Assembly (NCBI GenBank): GCA_964570065.1
Contig: CAZMVZ010000006.1
Coordinates: 1 to 57,685, forward strand
Direction: 5' to 3'
Origin: an uncultured Candidatus Poseidoniales archaeon
Lineage (GTDB): Archaea; Thermoplasmatota; Poseidoniia; Poseidoniales; Thalassarchaeaceae
DNA: 57,685 nucleotides
A model generated the notes under the pieces. The model ran no database searches. It worked only from the letters and a program-made list of their open reading frames with translations, and had not been told where the DNA came from. Position 1 is the first letter of the stretch; each line of letters opens with the position of its first letter. A program made the position numbers and the translations under genes. This document shows positions 56,677 through 57,685 of this stretch, one piece after another.

Positions 56677-57273
56677 ATGGTCAAGTATCCGATCGTCGAG
56701 ATTTTCCACTCCGTGCAGGGAGAGGGCTTCCACTGTGGGATCCCCCATGTCTTCGTGAGGTTCGGCAACTGCAACCTCAGGTGCGAGTGGTGCGACACCG
56801 ACTTCCTGGTATACGAGGAGAAGGAGTTGGACTCGATCGTCGAGGAGGTTCTCTCCTACGGATGCGACAGGGTGATCTTCACCGGTGGTGAGCCGGCCAT
56901 GCAGGACCTAGCGACCATCGGCAGTCGACTCAAGGAGCGTGGGATCAACCTCTCGATAGAGACGAATGGGACAATCGAGGTTGATCCCATTATCGACTGG
57001 ATTTGCGTGAGCCCGAAGGACCAGGTCTACCCGAACGTCGCCATCAGACAGAGGTCCGGAGACGAGTTGAAGGTGGTCTACTGCGGGCAGTCCCTAGACA
57101 TCTATGACGAACTGAAAGAGGGTTTCTCACATCATTTTATCCAGCCATGCTACATAGATACCGAGTCGGTGGGACAGAACGGCAGGAACTTCCAGGTCGT
57201 GGAGAAGTTGGTGAAGGACAACCCGGGATGGAGGCTTAGCCTGCAGACTCACAAGTGGATGGGGGTCCTGTGA
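56677..57273 (+). CDS. queE: 7-carboxy-7-deazaguanine synthase (radical SAM)
   Basis: EIFHSVQGEG, CNLRCEWCDT, FTGGEP, ETNG, VSPK, LSLQTHK. Confidence 0.95.
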   Translation: MVKYPIVEIFHSVQGEGFHCGIPHVFVRFGNCNLRCEWCDTDFLVYEEKELDSIVEEVLSYGCDRVIFTGGEPAMQDLATIGSRLKERGINLSIETNGTIEVDPIIDWICVSPKDQVYPNVAIRQRSGDELKVVYCGQSLDIYDELKEGFSHHFIQPCYIDTESVGQNGRNFQVVEKLVKDNPGWRLSLQTHKWMGVL

Positions 57274-57685
57274 TGCGGGCGATAATGGCACTGTCGGGGG
57301 GGATGGACAGCACGGGCCTTCTGATGCGACTTCTTGCAGATGGGTACACCGTCAGTTGCATCTCGTTCGACTACGGACAGAAGCACGTGATCGAACTCGA
57401 CAGGGCTAGTCGAAATATGAGATACCTAGCTGAGAATGGATTCGAGGTTGACCACAGGATAGCTAAGTTAGACTCTGTCATGGGGCTCTTCCACTCTGCC
57501 CTGACCACGGATGGCTTCGATGTGCCCGAGGGGCACTACGAGTCCGAGCAGATGAAGCAGACCGTCGTTCCGAACAGGAACGCGATCTTCGCGTCCATCC
57601 TCTATGGGTACGCCCTGTCAGTGGCGCTAAGAGAGGGGAAGGAGACGATCATCGCGCTCGGGGTCCACAGCGGCGACCACGAGAT
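57273..57685 (+). CDS. queC: 7-cyano-7-deazaguanine synthase, truncated by window end
   Basis: MRAIMALSGGMDST, SFDYGQKH..EL, TVVPNRNAIF, LGVHSGDH. Confidence 0.93.
   Translation, partial: MRAIMALSGGMDSTGLLMRLLADGYTVSCISFDYGQKHVIELDRASRNMRYLAENGFEVDHRIAKLDSVMGLFHSALTTDGFDVPEGHYESEQMKQTVVPNRNAIFASILYGYALSVALREGKETIIALGVHSGDHE

Noticed and set aside
56090-57685. Dpd-type 7-deazaguanine DNA modification or defence island
   Set aside because: No dpdA/TGT-like or other dpd genes are visible; tRNA archaeosine precursor synthesis is the simpler explanation, although the window ends inside queC
1-57685. CRISPR arrays, transposases, proviral genes
   Set aside because: No regularly spaced repeats or recognisable mobile-element proteins found by eye

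Overview
A gene-dense archaeal chromosome segment, most consistent with Marine Group II Euryarchaeota (Ca. Poseidoniales, Thermoplasmatota). This assignment is inferred from the archaeal information genes, unsplit RpoB and heterotrophic bacterial-type enzymes. In order, the window holds: the 3' end of 23S rRNA plus 5S rRNA; aIF6; thrC; a propionyl/methylmalonyl-CoA cluster; a Rieske/cytochrome b operon; a divergent FtsZ; a HemK-BirA fusion; tRNA-Lys; the rpoH-B-A'-A''-rpl30e operon; four paralogous coiled-coil proteins; pdxS; rps3ae; tsr3; mbf1; pan; a histidine-utilisation pathway; tRNA-Val; kae1; methylmalonyl-CoA mutase and epimerase; and a RHH-folE-queE-queC operon. I found no mobile element or CRISPR array. 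The strongest unusual signals are: (1) a b6-type Rieske/cyt b complex with no cytochrome c1/f, whose subunit IV is fused to an HdrC/HdrD-like Fe-S (CCG) oxidoreductase; (2) one homologous ~50-aa N-terminal domain on both RpoH and RpoA'', plus a ~145-aa Cys-rich insertion in RpoA'; (3) four COG1340-like coiled-coil paralogs, two of which share a basic R[KR][IL]G[VT]SR tail with MBF1; (4) a dif-like 28-bp site in an AT-rich gap; (5) an NPA-less aquaporin-fold protein. All family calls come from motif recognition by eye, without database searches.
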